DNA of 64,000 bases from positions 64,001 through 128,000 of the forward strand of contig CBDEUM010000013.1 of assembly GCA_965242925.1 (NCBI GenBank). Direction: 5' to 3'. A program made the translations under genes and the position numbers. The notes beneath the pieces are model-generated. The model made no database searches. It saw nothing but the letters and a program-made list of their open reading frames with translations, and was not told the DNA's origin. Of this stretch, positions 31,410 through 41,429 are shown piece after piece; within the stretch, counting starts at the first letter, position 1; each line of letters starts with the position of its first letter. This DNA is from Roseibacillus sp. Lineage in GTDB: Bacteria; Verrucomicrobiota; Verrucomicrobiia; Verrucomicrobiales; Akkermansiaceae.

Positions 31410-33113
31410 TCATTTCGTTCTCAACGACTGCCACAACCAGTGGATTAAGCGCAACGTCAGAATCGTTCCCACAAACTGCCAGAACCAGAAGGCCCGTGGC
31501 AGGGACCGCATGATGTCGGCCCCCGCATCCGTCATCGGCAGCATCACCCCCGACGCATACACCGGTGCCATCACCGGAGAGATCCCCATCAACCACGTCG
31601 CCACCACGCTGAATCCCATCGTGCCCAGGATCGATCCCACCATGATCGGAACCACTCCAATGAAAATGGCCGCCATGCCCGCCGCCCGGGGTCCGCGCCC
31701 CTCGAGGAGGGCATGGAAACCAAGGCCACCCGTCGCCATCACCAGCAGGAAGGCTGCGATCGCCATCGTCGGCAACTCTTGCCCGGGGAACCAGCGCGAC
31801 TCGACCAGTTCCTTCGCAAAGAGGTGCCATCCCACCGCCCCCATCCCGACCATCAGGACCAGCCAGGGAAAGGCAGTGGCCGGATCCGAGACCGGGGAGA
31901 AGCGCCGCCTGCCGAGCTTGCGGATCCTCCGCCATCCCCGCAAACGCGTCTCCGCGTTCGGGGAGATCATCAGCATCATCACCCACAGCATCATCAGGGT
32001 CACCAGCCCGTAGGCGCCAACCATCACCACCGGCTCCCATTCCTCAGGCTGCCAGTCCCCACCCATCCGGAAGCGCCCCAGGAAACTGTCAAAGCCCCGC
32101 GACGGAAAGAGGTGGCCCGGCTCGATCAAGGGCAGGGCGTTGCCCAGCAGCACCAGCTGCAACCACCCGAAAAAACCCGTCGCCCACACCTTGCCAAGAA
32201 GATGCGATTCCGCCCGCCGCCAGCGCCGCCATAACATCACCGTCATGGTCAGGATCAGCACCCCCTGCGACAACAAGGTGAACACCGCCTGCGGAAAATC
32301 GAGATTGAAGAACTTCGCGCTGGGCAGGAGCTGCTGCAACGCCTGGGCGGTGGCCCCCGCATCCCGTGGAATCAGGTGCGGATAGCATTCCTCGAAGACC
32401 GGCATGATGGTGAGGTACTTGAAGTAGGCCAGGCCGAACTTCGCCAGCTGCGGGATCACGGTGTAGAGCAGGAAGATCACTCCCATCGATACCAGGAAGG
32501 CCCAGCGCTTGTTCTTCACCACCGTCCCCGCCAACAACCCGGTCAGGTGATACAGCACCCCCGCGGTGAAAAAGATTCCGTAAAGCTGCAACGCGGTGCC
32601 CAGCGGCACCTGCCCACGCCACAGCGACCACAGGCTGAAGGGCATCGTGACCAGCACCAGCACGTACTCACGGATCGGCAGGCCGAACAGGTAGCCCAGC
32701 ACCTTGGCCAGCGGCGACATCGGCGCCAGTCGCTGGTAGTCGAGCACGCCCTCGTCCGCCTCCGCCGTCATCCCACCGGCCACCTGCCCGGTTCCCAGCA
32801 GGAACAGAATGACCCCCTGGAAAATGAGCAGCGCGATCAGCGGGGTGCGCTCCGCATCCACCAGGTCCATCCCCTCCCAGCGCAACATCCCCTGCCGGAT
32901 GATGAAAAACAGGAATCCCGAAATCAGAAGCGAGATCAGCAGCCACAGCGAGAGGGCCCGCAACCGCAGGCGAGACCGGCAATACCGGCGAAAAATCGGG
33001 TTGACCCAGATCTTCCACGTCGGCGCCCCCAAACCCTGGAGGGGAGGCGGTTTCCCGGGCAGGGGAATTTCCGGACGCGGTCTGCTGGCTGCCTTCCCTT
33101 GTTCGTCCATCAT
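31410..33113 (-). CDS. ABC-2-type permease-like multi-pass membrane protein
   Basis: ~12 TM segments; EADEGVLDYQRLAPMSPLAKVLGYLFG motif; coupled to the ABC ATPase. Confidence 0.75.
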   Translation of the reverse strand: MMDEQGKAASRPRPEIPLPGKPPPLQGLGAPTWKIWVNPIFRRYCRSRLRLRALSLWLLISLLISGFLFFIIRQGMLRWEGMDLVDAERTPLIALLIFQGVILFLLGTGQVAGGMTAEADEGVLDYQRLAPMSPLAKVLGYLFGLPIREYVLVLVTMPFSLWSLWRGQVPLGTALQLYGIFFTAGVLYHLTGLLAGTVVKNKRWAFLVSMGVIFLLYTVIPQLAKFGLAYFKYLTIMPVFEECYPHLIPRDAGATAQALQQLLPSAKFFNLDFPQAVFTLLSQGVLILTMTVMLWRRWRRAESHLLGKVWATGFFGWLQLVLLGNALPLIEPGHLFPSRGFDSFLGRFRMGGDWQPEEWEPVVMVGAYGLVTLMMLWVMMLMISPNAETRLRGWRRIRKLGRRRFSPVSDPATAFPWLVLMVGMGAVGWHLFAKELVESRWFPGQELPTMAIAAFLLVMATGGLGFHALLEGRGPRAAGMAAIFIGVVPIMVGSILGTMGFSVVATWLMGISPVMAPVYASGVMLPMTDAGADIMRSLPRAFWFWQFVGTILTLRLIHWLWQSLRTK

Positions 33114-34066
33114 GCTTCCCGGTTCCCTTCCGCCACCTCCACGAGGATCTGCTCGAACGACGACCCGCGTGCCTCGAAGGTCTTCACCCGCAGGCCTGCC
33201 GACACCATGGCCGCCAGCAGATCCGCCTGGCCGTCGTTGTCGCCCTTGAATCCGAAACGCACCTCCTCCTCATCACTCTCCACGTCATGCACCTCCTCGC
33301 AGGCCGCAAGCCACGTCAGCAGACCATCCTGACCGTCGATCATCGTGACACACAGCTGCCGGTCCGACCTTCCCAGCTCACCCCGCACCTCGTCCTCGGT
33401 TCCCGACGACAGGATCCGCCCCTGGTTCATCACGCAGAGCAGTGAGCACATCTCCGCCAGCTCGCTCAGGATGTGCGAACTCACCAGCACCGTGGCCCCG
33501 TCCGCCGCCAGCTTCTGCAGGGCGAGGCGCAATTCCCGCCGCGACAGGGGGTCCAGTCCGCTCGCTGGCTCGTCGAGAATCAGGACCTGGGGCCGGTGCA
33601 GAAGCGTCTTGGCCAGCACCAGACGCTGGGTCTGGCCACGCGACAGTGCCTTGCACCACGCCTCGCGTTTATCCAGCAGATTGACGATTCCCAGACACTC
33701 CTCGACCCGCTCCCAGCGCGCTGTCCGCCCACCCAGCACGTGCGTGTCGGCATGAAAGTCGAGAAACTCCCACACCTTCAAATCCGAAGGCACCGGCGCC
33801 AAGTCCGGCATGTAGCCCATGATCCGCCGCGCTGCGGACGTCGACTCCAGCACGTCGTGGCCCGCCACCATCACCTCCCCGTAGGTCGGCTCCATCAGCG
33901 TCGCCAGCACCTTGAAGGTGCTCGTCTTCCCCGCCCCGTTCGGCCCCACCAGCCCGTATACCACCCCCCACGGAATCGACAGACTCACGTCATTCACCGC
34001 GATGAAATCACCGTAGTCGACCCGCAGGTCACGGATCTCGATCGCGCTCCCGGTCACCTCCCTCAT
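33110..34066 (-). CDS. ABC transporter ATP-binding protein
   Basis: GPNGAGKT, LSRGQ, LILDEPASGLD, SSH. Confidence 0.93.
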   Translation of the reverse strand: MREVTGSAIEIRDLRVDYGDFIAVNDVSLSIPWGVVYGLVGPNGAGKTSTFKVLATLMEPTYGEVMVAGHDVLESTSAARRIMGYMPDLAPVPSDLKVWEFLDFHADTHVLGGRTARWERVEECLGIVNLLDKREAWCKALSRGQTQRLVLAKTLLHRPQVLILDEPASGLDPLSRRELRLALQKLAADGATVLVSSHILSELAEMCSLLCVMNQGRILSSGTEDEVRGELGRSDRQLCVTMIDGQDGLLTWLAACEEVHDVESDEEEVRFGFKGDNDGQADLLAAMVSAGLRVKTFEARGSSFEQILVEVAEGNREA

Positions 34067-35007
34067 CAGAAACCCGCGTCGTCAAGGAGGTCCCAGTCGC
34101 GCGGCAGCTCCAGGCCCATCCGCCGCATCTCACGCTCCGCCTCCAGTCGGCGCTCCTCCTGATACTCATTGTAACGATCCAGTTGATCCGGCCGCAACAC
34201 CCGGCGGATCGCTCCATCCCGCGCCCGCCCCTCCAGTCGATCGGTGTCCGCTCCCATCCCGTCAAATTCCATGCCGGGATCGTAAGCCCGCGACCCCCGC
34301 GCCATCACTGCGAACATCCCGTCCAGCTGGTCCTCGTCCAGATTCACCACCTCGTCGAGTCTGTGCAGCCGCCGGTTCGCCTCGTCCTGCACGCTGTCCA
34401 CCCGCCCCTGCAGGCGCTCCGCCTTGAATGCCGCCAGTTCCTCACTCTGAAGCCGGGTCTCCATGAAGGCCTCCAGACCGCGCTCCGAATCTTCGTTCAT
34501 CTCCATGACACGCACAAAATCCACGAATCCGGTCGTCTCACTGTTGATCATGTCATGGAAGGCCCGGGCATTCTCGTCCTCCCTCTTCCGGAACCACTCC
34601 TTCAACTCCACCTGCCCCTCGTCCGACAGGTGGTATTCCCGGGCATAGTGCCCCGCCAATGAGTCGAACCGCTCCTCCTGCTCCACCATCCGCATCCGGT
34701 CAAACAGGGGCGCCATGTCCCGCATCCACGGCTTCATCGTCCAGAAGACATCGTCGAGGCTCACATCCCGGCCCTCCCTGATGTCTTCTGCAATCGACCG
34801 AATGCCGTCCCGCACCGTCCGCCTGCTCCCCGGACCGTAGTTTGCCTCGTACCTGGACAACTCCCTCCGCGTCACCCGCAACTCACCCTGCAACTTCTCC
34901 ACCTTTTCCTCCGTCGACCCCTCTTCCGGCGGCATGCTCTGCTGAAACAGAATCGCCCCCACCACTCCCACCGCCAAGCCGATCACAAGCCCAAGATACT
35001 GGCGCAT
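34066..35007 (-). CDS. Hypothetical membrane-anchored alpha-helical protein
   Basis: Probable start MRQYLGLVIGLAVGVVGAILF; coiled-coil, acidic; LRPDQLDRYNEYQEERR. Confidence 0.75.
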   Translation of the reverse strand: MRQYLGLVIGLAVGVVGAILFQQSMPPEEGSTEEKVEKLQGELRVTRRELSRYEANYGPGSRRTVRDGIRSIAEDIREGRDVSLDDVFWTMKPWMRDMAPLFDRMRMVEQEERFDSLAGHYAREYHLSDEGQVELKEWFRKREDENARAFHDMINSETTGFVDFVRVMEMNEDSERGLEAFMETRLQSEELAAFKAERLQGRVDSVQDEANRRLHRLDEVVNLDEDQLDGMFAVMARGSRAYDPGMEFDGMGADTDRLEGRARDGAIRRVLRPDQLDRYNEYQEERRLEAEREMRRMGLELPRDWDLLDDAGF

Positions 35008-35244
35008 GCGGCACCTTCCGCGATTTCCGGTCGAACACAAGGAACAAGACCCTCTCCATCTGGGCCGTACCCGAACCCGATGCAGGGCTTCCGCATCCTG
35101 TTTTAAATAGCCCACTACGCTCCCTCACCAAATCTCATCCGGCTGCCGAATTGACGCCCCGGTCCGGGCTCCCTATCCTTACCCGTGACATGCTCGAAAG
35201 GGCTCACTGTTCCGGGGATCAGACCGATTTCGCACCCCGGAAGG

Positions 35245-35391
35245 CCCCGGATCACTTTCAAGAACCTCGAAGTCCTGACCGAATACCTCGCTGAAGACGA
35301 TCTCCTCTACCAGGGCAGGCGCAGACGGATCATCCTCAGCGAACAAGGCTTCCACACCCCCGACGGCACTGATGGGGAGACCATTCAGGCC
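35245..35391 (+). pseudogene. Internal fragment of a DUF5722-like (putative glycoside hydrolase) gene
   Basis: PRITFKNLEVLTEYL...LLYQGRRRRIILSEQGFHTPDGTDGETIQA resembles that family's conserved core from memory; no flanking gene parts. Confidence 0.55.
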
Positions 35392-35551
35392 TCCAGGCGA
35401 ACCCCGGCACCCTGACAGGAGGATCCGATACAGCCCCCCACGCACCCCCGGCCTGCCAGCCCGTTCCTAAGCCTTGAAGAAAAGGAAAAATCTGTCAGTC
35501 TCTCCTTGGAAATCCCAGTCAGGTTCTTCTGAAGGATTCTAAGCTTCTATC

Positions 35552-37084
35552 ATGGCACATCCCCAGATCATCCAAGGCGGCATGGGCATTGCCGTCTCCG
35601 ACTGGCGCCTGGCACATGCGGTGGCAAGAGAGGGAGCGATGGGCGTCGTGTCCGGCACTGCGATCAGCTCTGTGCTGGCGCGCCGGCTTCAGTTGGGGGA
35701 CATCGGTGGACACATGCGCCGCGCTCTTGAGCATTTTCCCGTACCCGAGATCGCTGAGGAAGTGCTCAACACGTATTACCGTGCCGGTGGCAAGGGGGCG
35801 GACGAGCCCTACAAACTGACACCGATGTACAAGATCAAGACCAGTCTTGCCGGACTCCGTCTGACGGTAGTGGCCAACTTCGCCGAAGTCTTCCTCGCCA
35901 GGGAAGGTCACGACGGCCAGGTGGGAATCAATTTCCTCGAGAAGATACAGTTGCCGCATCTAGCCTCCATCTACGGGGCGATGCTCGCGGGCGTCAACTA
36001 TGTGTTGATGGGAGCAGGAATTCCCCGTCAAATCCCCGGGGTTCTCGACAGTTTGAGCCAGCATCTGAAGTCGCGTTACAGGCTGGCCGTCGAGAATGAG
36101 CCGAGCGGCGAAGAGACCTACACGGAATTCGATCCGGCGGAAGTCATCGGGTTGCCTTCTGCCTTCCCGCTCTCGAGACCTTGTTTCATCGCCATCATCG
36201 CGTCGACGACGCTGGCGCTGTCCCTGTCTAAGAAAGCTTCAGGCTACGTGGACGGCTTCGTCATCGAGTACCCTGTCGCCGGTGGACATAATGCGCCGCC
36301 CCGAGGAAAGTTGCAGCTGAGCGAGCGGGGAGAGCCGATTTATGGACCGAAGGACGATGTGGACCTGGAGAAGATCGCCGCCATCGGGCGTCCCTTCTGG
36401 CTCGCCGGGGGATATGCTGACCCCGATCGCCTCGTTCGCGCAATGGAACTTGGGGCCACGGGGATCCAGGTCGGATCCGCCTTTAGCCTCTGCGAGGAAT
36501 CCGGCGTCGACCCTGCATTAAAACAGAGAGCCCTCGACAGCGTGAAGCAGAACGGCATCCGAGTCTCCACTGACGCCATCGCATCTCCGACCGGTTTTCC
36601 TTTCAAGGTCCTCCCCCTTGAAGACACCGCATCCGAGTTGGCCGTCTACGAGAAGCGTCCCCGAATCTGCGATCTCGGCTACCTGCGGGTGCTGGCCAAG
36701 TCCGGCGACGACAAGATCGTCTACCGTTGCGCAAGCGAACCGGTTGCCGCCTACGTGAAAAAGGGCGGTGATGAGGCTGCCTCAACGGGACGCAAGTGCC
36801 TGTGTAACGCGCTGCTGGCGAATGTCGGTCAGGCACAATTGCAGAAGTCAGGTTTCACCGAAACGCCACTGTTGACGTCGGGAGATGACGTCAACATGGT
36901 AACCCGTTTCCTCAGCGAGGGACGCACCTCCTACAAGGCCAAGCAGGTTCTCGATTTTTTACGTGCTCCAACCAAATCCAACGAAGCGGCGGCGGGAGAC
37001 GGGGACGTCCGACCCTTCGGCAGCCCGACTCGTAAATCCTTTGAAGTTGGGAGTTCCAATGGTCCATCAAATAACGCGTGCTGA
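35552..37084 (+). CDS. Nitronate monooxygenase-family flavoprotein
   Basis: IIQGGMGIAVS, AGGHNAPPRG, WLAGG, GIQVGSAF, CDLGYLR...YRC...CLCNAL. Confidence 0.88.
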   Translation: MAHPQIIQGGMGIAVSDWRLAHAVAREGAMGVVSGTAISSVLARRLQLGDIGGHMRRALEHFPVPEIAEEVLNTYYRAGGKGADEPYKLTPMYKIKTSLAGLRLTVVANFAEVFLAREGHDGQVGINFLEKIQLPHLASIYGAMLAGVNYVLMGAGIPRQIPGVLDSLSQHLKSRYRLAVENEPSGEETYTEFDPAEVIGLPSAFPLSRPCFIAIIASTTLALSLSKKASGYVDGFVIEYPVAGGHNAPPRGKLQLSERGEPIYGPKDDVDLEKIAAIGRPFWLAGGYADPDRLVRAMELGATGIQVGSAFSLCEESGVDPALKQRALDSVKQNGIRVSTDAIASPTGFPFKVLPLEDTASELAVYEKRPRICDLGYLRVLAKSGDDKIVYRCASEPVAAYVKKGGDEAASTGRKCLCNALLANVGQAQLQKSGFTETPLLTSGDDVNMVTRFLSEGRTSYKAKQVLDFLRAPTKSNEAAAGDGDVRPFGSPTRKSFEVGSSNGPSNNAC

Positions 37085-37400
37085 AATCGAATCCGAAGGA
37101 ATCATCGGGTAAGAGTCAGTCCATTGGTACAAAAAGAAATGGTCCGCACCCATGGGTGGGATTTATCTCACTCCCCAGCGCATCGTTTTCATAAAGAGCC
37201 CGTCCGTGATTGGTGGCCTTATTAGAGCTCTCATTAACAGATCGGGATCTGTTCACGATATGCCTGTTGCCGAGATAGTGTCGTGCTCAAGGGCGAACAA
37301 CCACCCGGGCAAGATCACTCCTACTTCCATGGCATATGGCATCCCATGCCGCAATCAGGGCGGTCAATTTATCAAGGCATATCCTTGGAAAGATCGTTGA
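37083..37400 (+). pseudogene. Degraded small gene, PH/GRAM-like
   Basis: Frame reads EIESEGIIG*ESVHWYKKKWSAPMGGIYLTPQRIVF with an internal TAA at 37110; GxxYLTxQRxxF is PH/GRAM-like; lower GC. Confidence 0.3.
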
Positions 37401-37740
37401 CTGCTCCCGGGCCTTCCTCCTCGTCTCCCAGGTCGACCTCGACCAGCAGCGCAGGCTCTTTGCGTGCCCTACTCCGCCCCGAACGTCCCAGGTCACCCTG
37501 GAGGATGCCAGAAATGCGAATGAGGCCGCGAGACCGCGGCATAACCCAAAACCCGGTCTTTTCTTCCCTTTATCAGGAGCAATAGGAAAGCGCTTAAAGC
37601 TCTTTTTCCCGCTCTTTTATTGGAATCGGCACGCCCTGCGGGCCCTCGCGGAACTTACCTCTTGCAATTTGGATCAATTAGGTCCAAACACCTCGCCCTC
37701 CCTGCGCCTAGCGGGGATCTTCAAATTAAGACTAGATATT

Positions 37741-37935
37741 ATGGCAACAGGTAAAGTAGCGCGTTTCTTCGATCAAAAAGGTTTTGGCTTCATTCAACCC
37801 GAAGGAGGCGGCAAGGATTTGTTCGTGCATATCAATGAAGTTGAAGGAGGCCAACTTCAGGAGGGTGACACAGTTGAGTATGAGGCCACTGAAGGTCCAA
37901 AAGGACCACAAGCTTCCAGCGTTAAGGTTGTTTAA
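37741..37935 (+). CDS. Cold-shock protein (CspA family)
   Basis: MATGKV..KGFGFI..DLFVH..GPKGPQA (RNP1/RNP2); true start ATG 37741. Confidence 0.93.
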   Translation: MATGKVARFFDQKGFGFIQPEGGGKDLFVHINEVEGGQLQEGDTVEYEATEGPKGPQASSVKVV

Positions 37936-38192
37936 CCTAATTCAGCCATCATTGATGGCTGCCCCCATTCCATTCACCGCAAATCAAACCCTTTTCCCGG
38001 GTTTGGCTGAGGTGCTTGCTGTTGCATTTTACTGCAACAGCTGCACCTCTGTTCGGGGGGGGCCCCATTCTTCAACCGTTACATTGTCACGGTTGCACGG
38101 GATCTCTCATCTTGAGCAACTGAGGAAGTGAGGCCATCAAGAGCCTCCACCCGGTAGTCCCCGGGCACCCAGGAGCAGAGGGTTAACCTCTC

Positions 38193-38226
38193 CCCCTCAA
38201 GCGGCATCACCCCTCAAGCGGCATCA
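38193..38226. repeat. Perfect 17-bp tandem duplication
   Basis: CCCCTCAAGCGGCATCA x2. Confidence 0.85.
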
Positions 38227-38268
38227 TTGCCCTTGTGTGTGAAACCTCGTGCCGGACCTCAGAACCGC

Positions 38269-38592
38269 TCAACTTCGATCCTGAGATAATTCTGGGGGAC
38301 GGGACCACTGGTTCCCCAACTGCGCTGGCGGCCCCTGTTGATAGATCTGCACTGGTGGCATACCGCGGTGGGTAACGACTATCTCAGGCCCTCCTTCTTG
38401 TGGACGCGGAAGGAAAATATCAACGAACGCCCAGATCATCCAAGCCGGGAACAGAAACAGGAGAAGCACGAGGGCCAGGATCCAGTTCCGCCTGAAGGTC
38501 TGGATGACACCTCGTGCACAACAGCCCAGCAGAACCAGCAGGACGGACAACCCGATGACTATCGGACCCCGCTCTCCTTCTCCTGCCTCCAC
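38269..38592 (-). CDS. Small hypothetical membrane protein
   Basis: Two hydrophobic segments (IVIGLSVLLVLLG; WILALVLLLFLFPAWMIWAF) and a Pro/Gln tail; GTG start inferred. Confidence 0.5.
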   Translation of the reverse strand: MEAGEGERGPIVIGLSVLLVLLGCCARGVIQTFRRNWILALVLLLFLFPAWMIWAFVDIFLPRPQEGGPEIVVTHRGMPPVQIYQQGPPAQLGNQWSRPPELSQDRS

Positions 38593-38701
38593 GCTCAACG
38601 CAGGAGGTCCGGAAAGAGCGGCTGGAATTCTGCGCGAAGTGAAATGTTTCCTTGTGCGCTGGAGGACACGAGGGTCACGTTGACCTCGCTCCACCGCCCA
38701 T

Positions 38702-40411
38702 ATGAAAACCCTGTTCACCACTCTTGTCCTTTCCCTTACCAGCCTCCTGGTCCTCACTGCGGACGACCGGCCCAACATCATCCTCATCATGGTGGATGAC
38801 ATGGGGTTTTCGGACATCGGTTGTTATGGGAGTGAGATCCCCACCCCGCACCTCGATGCCCTCGCGTCCCGGGGGGCCCGATTCTCCCAGTTCTATAACA
38901 CGGGCCGCTGCTGTCCCACACGGGCCTCGCTCCTGACCGGCCTCTACTCCCACCAGGCCGGAGTGGGCTGGATGACTGCGGACCAGGGCCTGCCGGGCTA
39001 CCGCGGGCGGCTCACCGAACAGTGCCACACCATCGCGGAGGTTCTCGGCCGGGCCGGCTACTTCACCGCCATGACCGGCAAGTGGCACGTGGGTTACTCC
39101 GAGCAGGTCAATCCCACCGCCCGCGGTTTCCTCCGCAGCCTCAATCTCGACCAGGGAGGAGTGCACTTCTCCAACCAGACCGGCCGGATGGCGAGCCGCA
39201 AACTGTACTTCAACGGAAAGGAAATTGCCAGGGATGACCCACGTCTCTCTCCTCCGTGGTACGGATCCAATCTCTGGACCAGGCAGGGGATCCGCTTCCT
39301 TGACGAAGCCCGCACCGCCAACAAACCCTTCTTCTGGTACCTCGCCCATGTGGCGCCCCACTTCCCGTGCATGGCCCCGGAGGCGACCATTGCCAGATAC
39401 CGTGGCAAGTACCGTGCCGGATGGGATCAACTGGCCCGCGAGCGCCACGCCCGCCAGGTGGAATCCGGCCTGGTCGAGGCCAGCTGGAAGCCGGAATCCC
39501 GTCCCGCGCAAATCCCGGCCTGGAAGTCCCTGGGGGAGAAAGCCCAGGTGCGCTACGACGACATGATGGCCATCTACGCCGCCATGATCGAGGAGATCGA
39601 CAGAAACGTGGGGAAGCTGGTGGCCGCCCTCAAGAAACGGGAACAACTGGACAACACTCTCATCCTGTTTCTTTCCGACAACGGTGGAAACGCCGAAGCC
39701 GGCATCAAGGGGCGCTATGAGGGTAAACAACCGGGCGACTCGCATTCCAATGTCTTCATCGGACGGTGCTGGGCCCATCTCAACAACGTCCCCTTCCGCC
39801 AGTACAAGCACTACAATCACGAAGGCGGGATTGCCTCTCCGCTCATTGCCCACTGGCCGAACCGGATCTCTCCCCGCAAGGACTGGATCAGCACGCCCAC
39901 CCACCTCATCGACCTGATGGCGACCTGCGTCGATCTCGGAGCCGCGAGCTACCCAAAAAACCGCAAGGGCCGACCGGTTCCCGCCATGGCAGGGCAAAGC
40001 CTGCGCCCACTCCTCACCGGCAAGGGGGAATTCGCCAGGCGCCCCCTCTTCTGGGAACACGAGGGCAACGCTGCCATCCGGGTGGACGATGAGAAGCTGG
40101 TACGCCTCGGGGAGAAGGGTCGATGGGAACTTTACGACCTGGCTGCCGACCGCACCGAACAGCAGAACCTGGCCCCCCGACGGCCCGGGCGGGTAAAAGC
40201 CCTTGCCGCTCAGTGGGAGGAATGGGCCCAGCGTTGCCAGGTCCTCCCCAGGCCCAAGCCGAAGGCCAAGCCCAGGAACAAGCCCAGGAGCACGCCCAAG
40301 CCGAGGAAAGCCACCTCCCGGGTTCGTCCTTCCTTTTCCTCACCCGTGGTGGTCGGCGCGGAGTCGCCGGACCGTCCCGATTCGTCCTCCACCGGTGGTT
40401 CCGGCACCTGA
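38702..40411 (+). CDS. Arylsulfatase (formylglycine-dependent)
   Basis: Signal peptide, PNIILIMVDDMG, CCPTRASLLTG, GKWH, SDNG, ELYDL..DRTEQQNL; the last ~33 aa look like read-through into the opposite gene. Confidence 0.92.
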   Translation: MKTLFTTLVLSLTSLLVLTADDRPNIILIMVDDMGFSDIGCYGSEIPTPHLDALASRGARFSQFYNTGRCCPTRASLLTGLYSHQAGVGWMTADQGLPGYRGRLTEQCHTIAEVLGRAGYFTAMTGKWHVGYSEQVNPTARGFLRSLNLDQGGVHFSNQTGRMASRKLYFNGKEIARDDPRLSPPWYGSNLWTRQGIRFLDEARTANKPFFWYLAHVAPHFPCMAPEATIARYRGKYRAGWDQLARERHARQVESGLVEASWKPESRPAQIPAWKSLGEKAQVRYDDMMAIYAAMIEEIDRNVGKLVAALKKREQLDNTLILFLSDNGGNAEAGIKGRYEGKQPGDSHSNVFIGRCWAHLNNVPFRQYKHYNHEGGIASPLIAHWPNRISPRKDWISTPTHLIDLMATCVDLGAASYPKNRKGRPVPAMAGQSLRPLLTGKGEFARRPLFWEHEGNAAIRVDDEKLVRLGEKGRWELYDLAADRTEQQNLAPRRPGRVKALAAQWEEWAQRCQVLPRPKPKAKPRNKPRSTPKPRKATSRVRPSFSSPVVVGAESPDRPDSSSTGGSGT

Positions 40412-41424
40412 TCACGGGACTCCTCCGCCAACACCGCCGTGTCCACTTCCCGCGCCTGTTCCGAATTCAACCGGAACCTGAGGGATTCCTTCTCAAGAGA
40501 TTTCAGGGATCTTTGCTTTCTTTTCTCTAGGGGGACCCCAGCAGACGGGACCACCTCGCCACTGCGACCTTTCGGTTTCGGCCCGCGATCCGCGCGGGAG
40601 AGATCCGCCTCCTCCTTCACCTCCGCCTGCGGATGCAGCGCCTGCCTCTTATCAGCGGCCCGCTCTGCCGCCGTCAGGGGAGCGGGAGCCGCCGCGGCCG
40701 GTCGGGAAGGAACCTTCGAGTCCAGTTCAGGAGTGCCGAGCAAGGCAGATGGCACTCCCCTTCCCTGCCCCGGCTTCTTCTCCCCGGGATCCTCGTCCGC
40801 TTTAACCTCCGCCGCCTCAGCCTTTCCGAGCAGATCGTCCTGAAACCGGTTGGCCTTCCCCCCAGAGAACCCCGAAGCCTCACCGAAGCTCGCCCCATCA
40901 GCATCCCGGGAGAAATAGAGATCACCGGAATCCGGGGTAATTGTATGGGTCTCCCCCACGAGCTGTTTCCCGTCATCCACTCCCCTGCCAGCCTCGCTGT
41001 CAAAAGCCACCCAGGGTCGGGTCAGCAAGGTCACCAAAAAGAGGGTGAGGACGAAACAGGCCGCCGCCGACCACATCACGCGCCGGCCGGCCCTGCGGAT
41101 GCGGCGCTCGCGGGAGCGCTCCCCGGTAGCTACGTCCATTCCCGGGATTTCTCCGGTGGGCCCGGCCAGCGCAAGCGCTTCCAGAAGCTGCAGCCTGCGC
41201 TCCGGGGCCAGCTTCCACTCCTTGTCATCCTCCCGAACCAGGGTCTCGCCCAGCAGTCCATGAAGGGACTCCAAGCGCTGCTTGAAGGCCCGGATCTCTG
41301 GCTGCTCAGCGACCATGCGCTCCAGTTCTTCGAGCTCCGACCCCGATGCCTCGCCCAGAACGAGGTCCACCACACGGGCCTCGATCCCGTCTTGAAGGTC
41401 GCCACTGTAGTTGTCGTCGCCCAT
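40210..41424 (-). CDS. Anti-sigma-type membrane protein, apparently truncated (probable vWA/YfbK-like C-terminus missing)
   Basis: IEARVVDLVLGEAS..ELERMV N-terminus, TM (WSAAACFVLTLFLVTLL), low-complexity linker; follows the ECF sigma; 202-bp overlap with the sulfatase. Confidence 0.65.
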   Translation of the reverse strand: MGDDNYSGDLQDGIEARVVDLVLGEASGSELEELERMVAEQPEIRAFKQRLESLHGLLGETLVREDDKEWKLAPERRLQLLEALALAGPTGEIPGMDVATGERSRERRIRRAGRRVMWSAAACFVLTLFLVTLLTRPWVAFDSEAGRGVDDGKQLVGETHTITPDSGDLYFSRDADGASFGEASGFSGGKANRFQDDLLGKAEAAEVKADEDPGEKKPGQGRGVPSALLGTPELDSKVPSRPAAAAPAPLTAAERAADKRQALHPQAEVKEEADLSRADRGPKPKGRSGEVVPSAGVPLEKRKQRSLKSLEKESLRFRLNSEQAREVDTAVLAEESRDQVPEPPVEDESGRSGDSAPTTTGEEKEGRTREVAFLGLGVLLGLFLGLAFGLGLGRTWQRWAHSSH

Positions 41425-41429
41425 GTCCC

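Noticed and set aside
37336..37740. 199-aa extended cold-shock protein
   Set aside because: The upstream part is not protein-like and contains promoter-like AT-rich sequence; the CSD begins at ATG 37741.
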